Shown here: in pieces, positions 18,101-25,769 of the stretch
How the letters are laid out: each line of letters opens with the position of its first letter
How positions within the stretch are numbered: position 1 is the stretch's first letter
Assembly: GCA_017625935.1 (NCBI GenBank)
Contig: JAGALA010000032.1
Span: 16,744-80,743, forward strand
Reading direction: 5' to 3'
Source: Clostridia bacterium
GTDB taxonomy: Bacteria; Bacillota; Clostridia; Oscillospirales; CAG-272
DNA: 64,000 nucleotides
Notes under the pieces: generated by a model
Seen by the model: the letters and a program-made list of their open reading frames with translations, nothing else
The model's database searches: none
What the model was told of the DNA's origin: nothing
Translations under genes and position numbers: made by a program

Positions 18101-18788
18101 CAAGCTCGAAAGTGCCGTTATAGTTCTTCTTTTCGCCTCTAACCTCAACGGTCATACCAACCTTGATATTTGTGAGGTCTGTCTTTGAATTGTATACGTA
18201 GTAACCGCCGTTACCGTTAAGGTCTTGGAGATACAAGCTCTCTTCCTTTGTAGAGGTGTTATGTGTCTTTGCCATAATACCTGTTACGATACCTTGAACG
18301 ATAAGTGCTTCACCGTCTTCTGCTGCAACGTATTGGTCGTGTGTGTTAACTGAGAATACAGGAACAGTCAAATTGAAGCTGCCCATCTTCTTCTCGCCCT
18401 TATCATTCTCAATTGAGAACTTAAGTGTGTAGTTGATGGCTGTGTCGCCAAGCTCAGGAATGTTTACAACGTAGCTTGTTCCATCCTCTGATTCTGTGAT
18501 AGTGATAGCGTCATTGTCTGTTGACCATGAGATATTGAAGATTTTGTCGCCGATTGGTGCATTCTTCATAACCTCAAAGCTTGCTGCTGTTACGTTAAGG
18601 GTCTTGTATGTAAGCTTAACATAGTCATAAGCCGCTGCAAGATCCTCATCGGGTTGACTACCTGTTGAGGTGTCTGTGTTGTCGCTTCCGCTGTCCGTGT
18701 TTGTGTTTGTGTCGCCACCGCAGGAGGTGAGAACAAAGAGACCGCAAACGAGAACAAGAACGAGAAGCAAGAGTGAAAGTTTTTTCAT
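15135..18788 (-). CDS. 1217-aa lipoprotein with multiple OB-fold-like modules and Cys-rich repeats (putative nucleic-acid-binding surface protein)
   Basis: Lipobox VLTSCGG and a T/N/D/S tether. At least five modules fit the pattern (I/V)xGxVxxI...YxN(M/L)x(V/L)xDxxG...(L/I)Y(R/G)... such as KVTGTVCSIEGAWNEQYGNMNVTIIDADGNKLYLFRL. There are two PTCTxxG(Y/F)TT(H/Y)TC...ALGHSY repeats. No catalytic motif was recognised. Confidence 0.6.
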   Translation of the reverse strand: MKKLSLLLLVLVLVCGLFVLTSCGGDTNTNTDSGSDNTDTSTGSQPDEDLAAAYDYVKLTYKTLNVTAASFEVMKNAPIGDKIFNISWSTDNDAITITESEDGTSYVVNIPELGDTAINYTLKFSIENDKGEKKMGSFNLTVPVFSVNTHDQYVAAEDGEALIVQGIVTGIMAKTHNTSTKEESLYLQDLNGNGGYYVYNSKTDLTNIKVGMTVEVRGEKKNYNGTFELVNADVIVIDETINTVTPVDFTDAVIGAASLDDKALTNLNGMLVTIKGVTLLQYSESNGYHNFEIGNHKTYFRISTSSNCITEDDGRTLTSTFNNNFYNAADVTGIIAVYNSNMYLMPVSKDALANIVAQEKPDDVQVDITLENTTIPGMIQVAGDTTLPTTFSSLVGVSISWELVDGADVATLNGATLTVTIPEETKTVKLTATVTSGEVSKTKDYEIAVKPISTITIEEANNIGDPMASNNYTDEIYYITGIVESVANDTYGNLYLVDESGEFRLYIYGLYDATGKVRYDKMDPKPLKGDTITVLSSVGKYNTDVQLKNAKVVDHKVHPDNEGASTPDNYTEMTITEALSAADGTKIKVTGTVCSIEGAWNEQYGNMNVTIIDADGNKLYLFRLSTKVEIGDIITVKGEMATWDGERQVAQGATATIDGNGGDSSDEIPFEAVSPVVGSEYFFAMTQDGALCYITGEMATGNAKYYMATVSTQAAAAKITVLAGPTDDTYYITLTVGGATKYMDLVVSGTHKNAVYVDTAPEVGFSFDATNKVFYKVLEGENYTFGTDFARKFTTVGGVKVDATLNAMLQISLATAHTHEYTDEVTAPTCTEQGYTTHTCSCGDIVVDTYVDALGHSYVEGTCTACGATDHEHVYNEVVTAPTCTAAGFTTYTCTVPDCGHSYTGNEVEALGHSYTDGVCANGCGIDDPNYYYSISIEDALTAPVGKKVILTGTISEIKSSWSTQYNNMDVWLSDGEDNQILLFRITTLVSVGDEVSVKGEIGTYSGANQIAQKGSEVTITKKHTCVAGSEATCTTAQKCTLCEAVMTEALGHNIGADGICTVCGFDQNAAASQKELAKFEFGANGAAEHVDGNDLGASKSYTEGSYTLTLENMSKVYGPATDAKGNSAIKLGTSKVVGSFSFTVADDVDKVVIMVAQYKANSTKINVNGVDYTITSASNNGEYTAIEIDTTTTKTINFTTVSGGVRAMIDSIAFWG

Positions 18789-18878
18789 GATGTGCTCCTT
18801 TTTCTTTTTTTGTTAGCTGTTTTATATGAAAATTGTAAATAAAATTTACAAAAATCAACTAATTAATAAGTAATTGAA

Positions 18879-20315
18879 TTATTCATGAATAGTAATATCG
18901 TTAATGTTGAAAACCTTTACCTGATAATCGTTAAAGTAGTCAACTATACCCTTAACGCTGATAACAGTGCCTACAGGGAAATCAGAAGCTACAACGATTG
19001 TCTTATCCTCTCTTACGAGCTTGGATGCGGTACGGATTTGAATTCTAACACCGTTCTCATCCTTACAGGTTATAGTAAGCGCACCGTTTGAATCTGTATC
19101 GGTGGTTGTTGTATAAACGCTTTGTACTGTAAGATTTGAGAGCTTAATTGTGCTGTGAAGTGCGAGTGCACCGTAGTCAAACTCAACGGTTTGAAGCTCC
19201 TCGGTGGTTTCGCCGTTTTCATCCTCAACCTCAACGTATGAATCAATTTTGATTTTTCCGTTTAGAAGTGTGCCCGCATCGCCCTCGCGATATGATGCCT
19301 CGTTACCTGTTTCCAAAACGCTGCATCCGCCTGCCCACTCTTCGTCGAGGATATCGAATTTAAGGTTAGAAACCTGATATGTGCCGCCGTTTTCCCAATA
19401 TTGGAGAGTGCCAACTATTGAAACACGGTTGCCTATTGCAAATCTATCCATAATCGGACAGCCTGCGCCTGCGAAAATCTGCATTCCGAAATACATATCG
19501 TTTTCAGCGTCGTATTCCTCAACGTAGAAGGTATAGCCTGATTTCTTTGCAACTACGGCTTCAAACTTAACGAGTGTGCCCTCGTATTTTTCAGCATTTG
19601 CCTTGAGCTCCTTAAGAGTAAGGGTTTGTGCCGCGCCGTAATAGAAATCGGGGTCCTTTACCTTTTTGTTGAACACAAAAAGCTTCATTGTGGTTGCTTG
19701 ATAAAGCGCCGCTGTTGTATATTCACTATATGTATTTGAGGTAGTACCTGAGCCGAATGCAAGGCCCTGTTGGAGAATTTCAATGTTGAGGTTTCTGTAC
19801 TCACCGTTTTCCTCGGTCTTGTACCAAATCCAAAGAAGGTATCTTCCTCCTGTGGAGTCAAGGTCCCAGCCATCGGTGTCAGACTCAACGATAATTCCGT
19901 TTTTGATTGATTCAGCCTTTTTGAGCTGTGTTTTTGTATAGTTAGATGCCTTTTTACCCCACGGCTCAACAACACCTGTTGACTCGGGAGTATTGATACC
20001 GAGGTATCTTGCCTTGATAAAGCCCTCGGAGATTTCATCCTTATCAATGAAAAAGTGAGTTGTGTCACCGTCGATATATGACTTTACGGTAACGTATGCC
20101 CATTTTTTACCTGAATCGGGATTGAATTTAAGCTGTGAAGCATAGTCAACAAACTCGGGCTCTTCTCCACCGCTTGTATCGGTATTGGTGTTTGTGTTTG
20201 TGTCACCGCTACCGCTATCACTTCCCGTGTCGGGAGTGGGCCCGCAGGCAACAAACGTGCCTACGAGCATCACTATCACGAGAAGCAAGATCAAAATTTT
20301 AGATAACTTGTTCAT
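18879..20315 (-). CDS. lipoprotein thermonuclease (SNase family) with C-terminal OB-like modules
   Basis: 478 aa with lipobox FVACG. YIDGDTTHF...ARYLGINTPES...EPWGKKASNYTK...GGRYLLWIW aligns with staphylococcal nuclease IDGDTVKL...FRLLLVDTPET...EKYGPEASAFTK...GRGLAYIY. Confidence 0.75.
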   Translation of the reverse strand: MNKLSKILILLLVIVMLVGTFVACGPTPDTGSDSGSGDTNTNTNTDTSGGEEPEFVDYASQLKFNPDSGKKWAYVTVKSYIDGDTTHFFIDKDEISEGFIKARYLGINTPESTGVVEPWGKKASNYTKTQLKKAESIKNGIIVESDTDGWDLDSTGGRYLLWIWYKTEENGEYRNLNIEILQQGLAFGSGTTSNTYSEYTTAALYQATTMKLFVFNKKVKDPDFYYGAAQTLTLKELKANAEKYEGTLVKFEAVVAKKSGYTFYVEEYDAENDMYFGMQIFAGAGCPIMDRFAIGNRVSIVGTLQYWENGGTYQVSNLKFDILDEEWAGGCSVLETGNEASYREGDAGTLLNGKIKIDSYVEVEDENGETTEELQTVEFDYGALALHSTIKLSNLTVQSVYTTTTDTDSNGALTITCKDENGVRIQIRTASKLVREDKTIVVASDFPVGTVISVKGIVDYFNDYQVKVFNINDITIHE

Positions 20316-20339
20316 AATCTTTCCTTAATAAGTTAAGAA

Positions 20340-21836
20340 TTAGTTATTATATAGACATTCCTCAATTGCGCCCTTGAATGCGTCAAGAATCATTGCATCA
20401 ACGTCGTCTGTCTTTTGAGTGAAGCAATATTGAATAAGCTTACCAACCTGGTCACGAGCCTTTGTTGAGCCGTTGAATGCAGGTGAAATGAATGCTGCAT
20501 CTGCTTGCTCAAACGCACTGTTGATAACTGTTGCAACGAGGTTACCCTCACCGTCTGCGTTCTTGAGCCAGTTAGCATATGACTTAACTTCCTTAGCGGA
20601 GTTGATAACAGGCATATAGCCTGATGTCTTTGAGAATGCTGCTTGGAATTCAGGTGTTGTGCAAAGGTACTTAACGAAGAGCCAAGAAGCCAAAACCTCT
20701 TGATTGTTATCAAACGTATCGTTGTCGCCTGTTTGGCTGAAGATACAGAGTGAAGGACCCTGTGAAATTACCTTTGGAGCGTCAGGATTAACCTGTGGGA
20801 TTGGAGCTATACCAACCTCGAATGGGAAGTTATCGTCCTCGCCAACAGGGATTTGGTGGCTCGCACCACCTGTTGAACCGATGCACATATAGCATGATGG
20901 CTTTGTTGGGTCTGTGTTTGTAAAGAGCTGTGATGTGTAAGCACCGTAGAGCTCTTGTGTTGTAACGTAGCCGGCTTGGTACCACTCTCTGAATTCCTTA
21001 ACGAACTCACGGTTTGTTTTGTTGTTAAAGAGGAAGTGGTCGTTCTTGTCGTTTGATGTGTACGGTGAGCCGTATTGCTCTGTCATTGTGATGAACCAGT
21101 TTGACTCTGAGTCATAGCCGAGAGGAATGTCTGAGTCGTTTGCGCTGTTGGAGTCAGACTTAAGGATGTCCTTGATTTGAGCGCAAACGGTTTCCATTTC
21201 GTCCCAAGTTGTTGGAACCTTCAAGCCGTTAGCCTCGAAGAAGTCCTTATTGTAGAAGATAACCTCTGTTGACTTTGAAAGTGGCATTGTATACATTGTG
21301 CCTGCTGTATCAAATACAGTACCCTCGTTGTAGTAGGTTTGAATGAAGTCTGCCTTTTGTTCAGCTGTAAGACCGATGATTTCGCCGTCCATACCCTCGA
21401 TTTCGATTGTGCAATCGATAAGGTTGTCAAGCGGAATAACCTTCTTTGTTACGTTGTAAAGAGCAACGTGGTCAGGATAGCAGTATGCAATGTTTGGTTG
21501 GTTGCCTGCTGTTAACTGCTTGTTTGTTTGGTCACGAACCTCATCATAGCCACCGATTTGTGAATGCTCGATAGTGATGTTGGGGTAAATCTCATTGAAC
21601 TTTTCAATGTACAAATCAAGCACGTTACGCAAGTTTTGTCCCATTGTGTGTGAGAATGTGATTGTGATTTCTGCCTCTGTGTCAAATCCCTCTACAGGAA
21701 CCTCCCAACGAACCTTCTCAGCAGTATTTGTGTTACCGCTGTTAGTGTTTGTGTCTGTGGAAGGTGTCGGGCCGCAAGCTACTAATGTAAGAGCGAAAAC
21801 GGCGAGAAGGAGGAGAGCTAAAATCTTCTTTTTCAT
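20340..21836 (-). CDS. ABC transporter substrate-binding lipoprotein (family 1 / CUT1 type)
   Basis: About 498 aa from MKKKILALLLL. Lipobox LVACG and a T/N-rich tether. Overall SBP_bac_1-like composition. An alternative ATG at 21848 has no spaced RBS. Confidence 0.8.
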   Translation of the reverse strand: MKKKILALLLLAVFALTLVACGPTPSTDTNTNSGNTNTAEKVRWEVPVEGFDTEAEITITFSHTMGQNLRNVLDLYIEKFNEIYPNITIEHSQIGGYDEVRDQTNKQLTAGNQPNIAYCYPDHVALYNVTKKVIPLDNLIDCTIEIEGMDGEIIGLTAEQKADFIQTYYNEGTVFDTAGTMYTMPLSKSTEVIFYNKDFFEANGLKVPTTWDEMETVCAQIKDILKSDSNSANDSDIPLGYDSESNWFITMTEQYGSPYTSNDKNDHFLFNNKTNREFVKEFREWYQAGYVTTQELYGAYTSQLFTNTDPTKPSCYMCIGSTGGASHQIPVGEDDNFPFEVGIAPIPQVNPDAPKVISQGPSLCIFSQTGDNDTFDNNQEVLASWLFVKYLCTTPEFQAAFSKTSGYMPVINSAKEVKSYANWLKNADGEGNLVATVINSAFEQADAAFISPAFNGSTKARDQVGKLIQYCFTQKTDDVDAMILDAFKGAIEECLYNN

Positions 21837-21895
21837 TTTGATTTCCATCCTTTAATATAAATTTATTTTTAAGACTTTCGTCATTAAAACTTGTT

Positions 21896-23032
21896 TTATC
21901 CCTTGATACCGGATCTTGAAACGCCCTTCATAATATACTTACGAAGGAAAATGAACACGAGGAACAAAGGAATTGATACCATCGTTACCGCCGCCATCTG
22001 TTGTGGGATGTTGGCAACGCCTGTGTTTGCATCCTGGAATGCAGTACGCAAGCCGTTTGTGATAAGGTGGAATTTCTGTGGGCTAACGAGTCGCGGCCAT
22101 ACGTATGAGTTCCACGCACCCATCATCTTAAGAATTGTAATTGAGATAAGAGTTGGAAGTGCAAGCGGAATCATAACCTTCCAAAGGTATTTCAGGTCAC
22201 TTGTACCGTCAACCTTTGCGGCAAGATATAGCTCGTTTGGTATCTGCATAAAGTTTTGCTTTAACAGATATATGTAGAAAATACTGATAAGGAACGGAAT
22301 GATAAGTACGCCGTAGCCCTGTAAGAAGTTGATAGAATTACCCGTGGTGGTATCAACCCAGCCCCATTTTGAAACCGTAACATAGTTTGTGATGGTGAAA
22401 AGCTCACCGGGGATCATCATTGTGCCAAGAAGAACTGCAAAGAGTGTATCTCTGCCCTTGAATTCAAGACGCGCAAATACGAATGCGCTAATTACGGTAA
22501 CTATAAGCGAAAGTATCGTTGAAACGACACCTACTATAACTGTGTTTTTGAAAAGATTGAAAAGTGAAGCTGCTTTTATCGCCTCGGAGTAGTTACTCCA
22601 CACTATCGTTTGTGGGAACAACGTAGGAATTGGAAGCTCGTATTCCTGCACACTCTTAAGAGATGAAATAATCATCCAATAGAATGGGAAGATGATAACG
22701 AGTGCCATTGAGCCGAGGAAAAGATAAAGCAAAATTTGTGCAATAACCTTGAACACCTTTTGTGCGGAGACAACCTTCTTCAAATCCTTTTCTTGCATTG
22801 TCTTTATCTTTTTGCTTTTGGTTGGTTTTGCAGTTGGTTCTTCAGCGCTTACTTCTTGCACTTCTACTGCTTCAGCAGGCTCTTCAGCCGCTTCTGACGC
22901 TTCAGCTTCAACTGCTTCTTCAGCCGCTTCTTGTACTTCAGCTTCGCTTGCAGCTGCTTCTTGTGCTTCAGCCACTGCTGCTTCTTCAGCTGCTTCAACT
23001 GCTTCTAATTTCTCGTTTTGAGATTCAGACAT
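21896..23032 (-). CDS. ABC transporter permease (MalG-like) with a ~95-aa acidic Ala/Glu-rich N-terminal extension
   Basis: 378 aa. The C-terminal 280 aa carry 6 TM segments and the EAA-type loop (AAKVDGTSDLKYLWKVMIPLALP). The N-terminus reads EAVEAAEEAAVAEAQEAAASEAEVQEAAEE... Confidence 0.85.
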   Translation of the reverse strand: MSESQNEKLEAVEAAEEAAVAEAQEAAASEAEVQEAAEEAVEAEASEAAEEPAEAVEVQEVSAEEPTAKPTKSKKIKTMQEKDLKKVVSAQKVFKVIAQILLYLFLGSMALVIIFPFYWMIISSLKSVQEYELPIPTLFPQTIVWSNYSEAIKAASLFNLFKNTVIVGVVSTILSLIVTVISAFVFARLEFKGRDTLFAVLLGTMMIPGELFTITNYVTVSKWGWVDTTTGNSINFLQGYGVLIIPFLISIFYIYLLKQNFMQIPNELYLAAKVDGTSDLKYLWKVMIPLALPTLISITILKMMGAWNSYVWPRLVSPQKFHLITNGLRTAFQDANTGVANIPQQMAAVTMVSIPLFLVFIFLRKYIMKGVSRSGIKG

Positions 23033-23050
23033 TAAAGAAGCCCTCCTTTA

Positions 23051-24598
23051 TTAATAATGTGTTTTCTTCTTACTTACATAGAGGTTAACGAGTGTAACCG
23101 CAAAGATAAGCAAGAACAAGATAATTGCCGCGGCTGACGCCAAGCCCTGTGAGTTGGTTTCAAGTGCCTCATAAATAAAACCAACCATTGTTTGTAGTCT
23201 TGGTGTACCTGTCGCTGCGCCCGGTGGCTGCATTTTATCACCGAAGATACCGATGATACTTGTATATTCCTTAAATCCACCGATGAAGCCTGTGATAACA
23301 ACGTATGCAATCATTGGTGAAAGAAGCGGAACTGTAATTCTTGTGAACACTCTCCAAGCGGGAGTTGCATCCACCTTTGCCGCCTCGTAGTACTGCTTGT
23401 TTACACTTTGGAGTCCTCCGAGAAGGATAAGAATCTTAAATGGAAGCGCATTCCAAACAATGTAAATAATCATTACCGCGATGTTAGCCCAGTAGCCCGA
23501 GCCCTGGTTAATCCAGTTGACAGGTCCTAAGCCGACAACTCCTATGATATTATTAATAATACCAAGGGATTTACTGAGCATAAGCTCATGCTCGTTAACG
23601 CCGACGATGTTAAACATAGCGGCGAAAACCATGCCTATCGCAATTGAGTTTGTAACGTAAGGCATAAAGAAAATTGTTTGCAAAAATCTTCTAAGCGGCT
23701 TGATTGCGTTAAGACAAACTGCAATCAAAAGTGCCAAGAAGGTTGAGATCGGAACCGTCGCAACACAAAGAATAATAGTATTCTTCATAATTTGAAGGAA
23801 GCCGTCGTATTTAAGAACCTCGGTAAAGTTGCTTATACCGAATTGGAACTTTGTTTCGCCTGCGATATCAAGGCCCATATTGTAGCCCTTGTATTTACCG
23901 TAGCCTAAGATAACCTTTTTACCTGTATCGTCATCTGTGACGATATCACCGTTTTCGTCATACTGATAAATTGGAGCATCCGGGTCCCAATATACAGTAA
24001 ACGCCATCTTAACGGTATTGATGAGTGGCCAGAAGGTAAAGATTGCAAGAAGGATGAGTGTTGGGAGCAAATAGAGCCATGCCTTCCATTTGTCGAACTT
24101 GATTTTGTCGGCAAACTTTCTCTTGAACTTCTTCTTTTCCCACAAAACTCTCTTAACGCCAAGCTTATACGCCTTATTTTCAGGGTTAAACTCTTTTTTG
24201 AACTCTTTCTTTTTTGCCTTGAGCTCCTTGTTTAACGATTTTTTGTTTTCCTTTATAAGCTTTTTGTTATTCTTTTCTCTTGCCTTAATGTCCTTTTGAA
24301 GCTTCTTGATTTTTTCTTCAACCTTTTCAAGCTTTTCCTTTTTCTTGTCATCCTTCGATGCTTTAAGATCGGCTAAAAGCTCTTTCTTTTTCTCTTCGTA
24401 GGACTTAAGCTTTGCTCTTTTGTCGTCAAGCTCGCCATCAAGCTTAGCCGCCTTATCGGCAAGCTCCTGCTTTCTTGCGTTGACCTCGCTCTTAAAAGCC
24501 TGCTTCTTTGCGTCAAGCTTTTCCTTAAGAGCTAATACCTCTTCTTCAGATACCGTTGAATTTACACTTTTTAATGCTACAACTGATTGATCGCTCAT
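23051..24598 (-). CDS. ABC transporter permease (MalF-like) with a ~175-aa Lys/Glu-rich coiled-coil-like N-terminal extension
   Basis: 515 aa with EAA loop EAAKVDATPAWRVFTRITVPLL. The N-terminus reads KEKLDAKKQAFKSEVNARKQELADKAAKL...KKKEKLEKVEEKIKKLQKDIKAREKNNKK... Confidence 0.85.
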   Translation of the reverse strand: MSDQSVVALKSVNSTVSEEEVLALKEKLDAKKQAFKSEVNARKQELADKAAKLDGELDDKRAKLKSYEEKKKELLADLKASKDDKKKEKLEKVEEKIKKLQKDIKAREKNNKKLIKENKKSLNKELKAKKKEFKKEFNPENKAYKLGVKRVLWEKKKFKRKFADKIKFDKWKAWLYLLPTLILLAIFTFWPLINTVKMAFTVYWDPDAPIYQYDENGDIVTDDDTGKKVILGYGKYKGYNMGLDIAGETKFQFGISNFTEVLKYDGFLQIMKNTIILCVATVPISTFLALLIAVCLNAIKPLRRFLQTIFFMPYVTNSIAIGMVFAAMFNIVGVNEHELMLSKSLGIINNIIGVVGLGPVNWINQGSGYWANIAVMIIYIVWNALPFKILILLGGLQSVNKQYYEAAKVDATPAWRVFTRITVPLLSPMIAYVVITGFIGGFKEYTSIIGIFGDKMQPPGAATGTPRLQTMVGFIYEALETNSQGLASAAAIILFLLIFAVTLVNLYVSKKKTHY

Positions 24599-24599
24599 A

Positions 24600-25703
24600 T
24601 CAGTTCACCTCGAATCTAATTCTTTCTTCGGTTACTGAATCAAAGAGAAGCACCTTGTGTGGCTTAAGGTTGAATTTAACTGTTTCTGCTTCTCTGTCAA
24701 TCTTATAGTCAGCATCAACAATAGCACGAACAAATGGATTTGCGGAAGCATCGTTTGTACAAACAACGCTAACGTCGCGGCCCATTACCTCAACGCTGCT
24801 GAGCTTACATTCAAAGGCACCCTCATCTGAAGGAATGAAGCCCTCGGGGCGGATACCAACGAAAACATCACGGTCATCAACACCGGGAACGTCAAGCACC
24901 GCTGCGTCGCCAATAATAAGCTTGCCATCCTCTACCCTACCGTTAAACACGTTGATAGGCGGTGTGCCAAGGAACTTTGCAACGAAAAGATTGGTTGGGT
25001 CATCATAAACGTTTTGAGGTGCACCGATTTGTTGAACAACACCAAGCTTCATAACAACGATAATATCAGAGATGGACATTGCCTCCTCCTGGTCGTGCGT
25101 TACGAAAATAGTTGTGATGCCTGTTTCCTTTTGGATTCTCTTGATTTCCTCACGTGTTTGGAGACGCAAGCGCGCATCAAGGTTTGAAAGCGGCTCGTCA
25201 AGAAGGAGCACCTTTGGCATTTTTACAAGCGCACGTGCGATAGCAACTCTCTGCTGCTGACCGCCTGAGAGCTCACTTGGCTTACGCTCCATAAGCTCGT
25301 CAATTTGAACGAGTCTTGCTGCCTCATACGCCCTTTCGATCATTTCCTTCTTTTTAAGCTTGTCCGGTCCGCGAAGGTTTTGGAGCGGGAACAAGATGTT
25401 CTGCTTTACCGTCATATGAGGATAAAGCGCGTAGTTTTGGAACACAAGTCCAACGCCACGATTTTCGGGAGTGAGCTTTGTAACATCGTCATCACCGAAG
25501 AAAATTTTACCGCCAGTGGGTACTTGAAGTCCACTGATCATGTAAAGGGTTGTGCTCTTACCACAACCGGAAGGACCTAAAAGTCCAACGAGCTTACCAT
25601 CAGGAATGGTAAATGTGAAGTCATTGACAGCAATTGTTTCCTTGCCCTTCTTTTTATCGCGGGCGGGGAAAATCTTTGTCAAATTCTGCAAAACAATTTT
25701 CAT
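24600..25703 (-). CDS. ABC transporter ATP-binding protein (MalK/MsmX/UgpC type)
   Basis: 367 aa. Walker A GPSGCGKST, signature LSGGQQQR, Walker B LLLDEP, and a C-terminal MalK-like regulatory/OB domain. Confidence 0.9.
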   Translation of the reverse strand: MKIVLQNLTKIFPARDKKKGKETIAVNDFTFTIPDGKLVGLLGPSGCGKSTTLYMISGLQVPTGGKIFFGDDDVTKLTPENRGVGLVFQNYALYPHMTVKQNILFPLQNLRGPDKLKKKEMIERAYEAARLVQIDELMERKPSELSGGQQQRVAIARALVKMPKVLLLDEPLSNLDARLRLQTREEIKRIQKETGITTIFVTHDQEEAMSISDIIVVMKLGVVQQIGAPQNVYDDPTNLFVAKFLGTPPINVFNGRVEDGKLIIGDAAVLDVPGVDDRDVFVGIRPEGFIPSDEGAFECKLSSVEVMGRDVSVVCTNDASANPFVRAIVDADYKIDREAETVKFNLKPHKVLLFDSVTEERIRFEVN

Positions 25704-25769
25704 ACCGTTTCGCCTTTCTATATTAATTATTTTTATTTGTCGTTTTTGGTTAGTAAACGCTGAGCGGAG

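Noticed and set aside
22749-23088. Plus-strand ORFs of 90 and 108 aa (Ala/Ser/Leu-rich).
   Set aside because: They are mirror images of the GCTTC-type low-complexity DNA that encodes the Ala/Glu tail of the permease on the minus strand.
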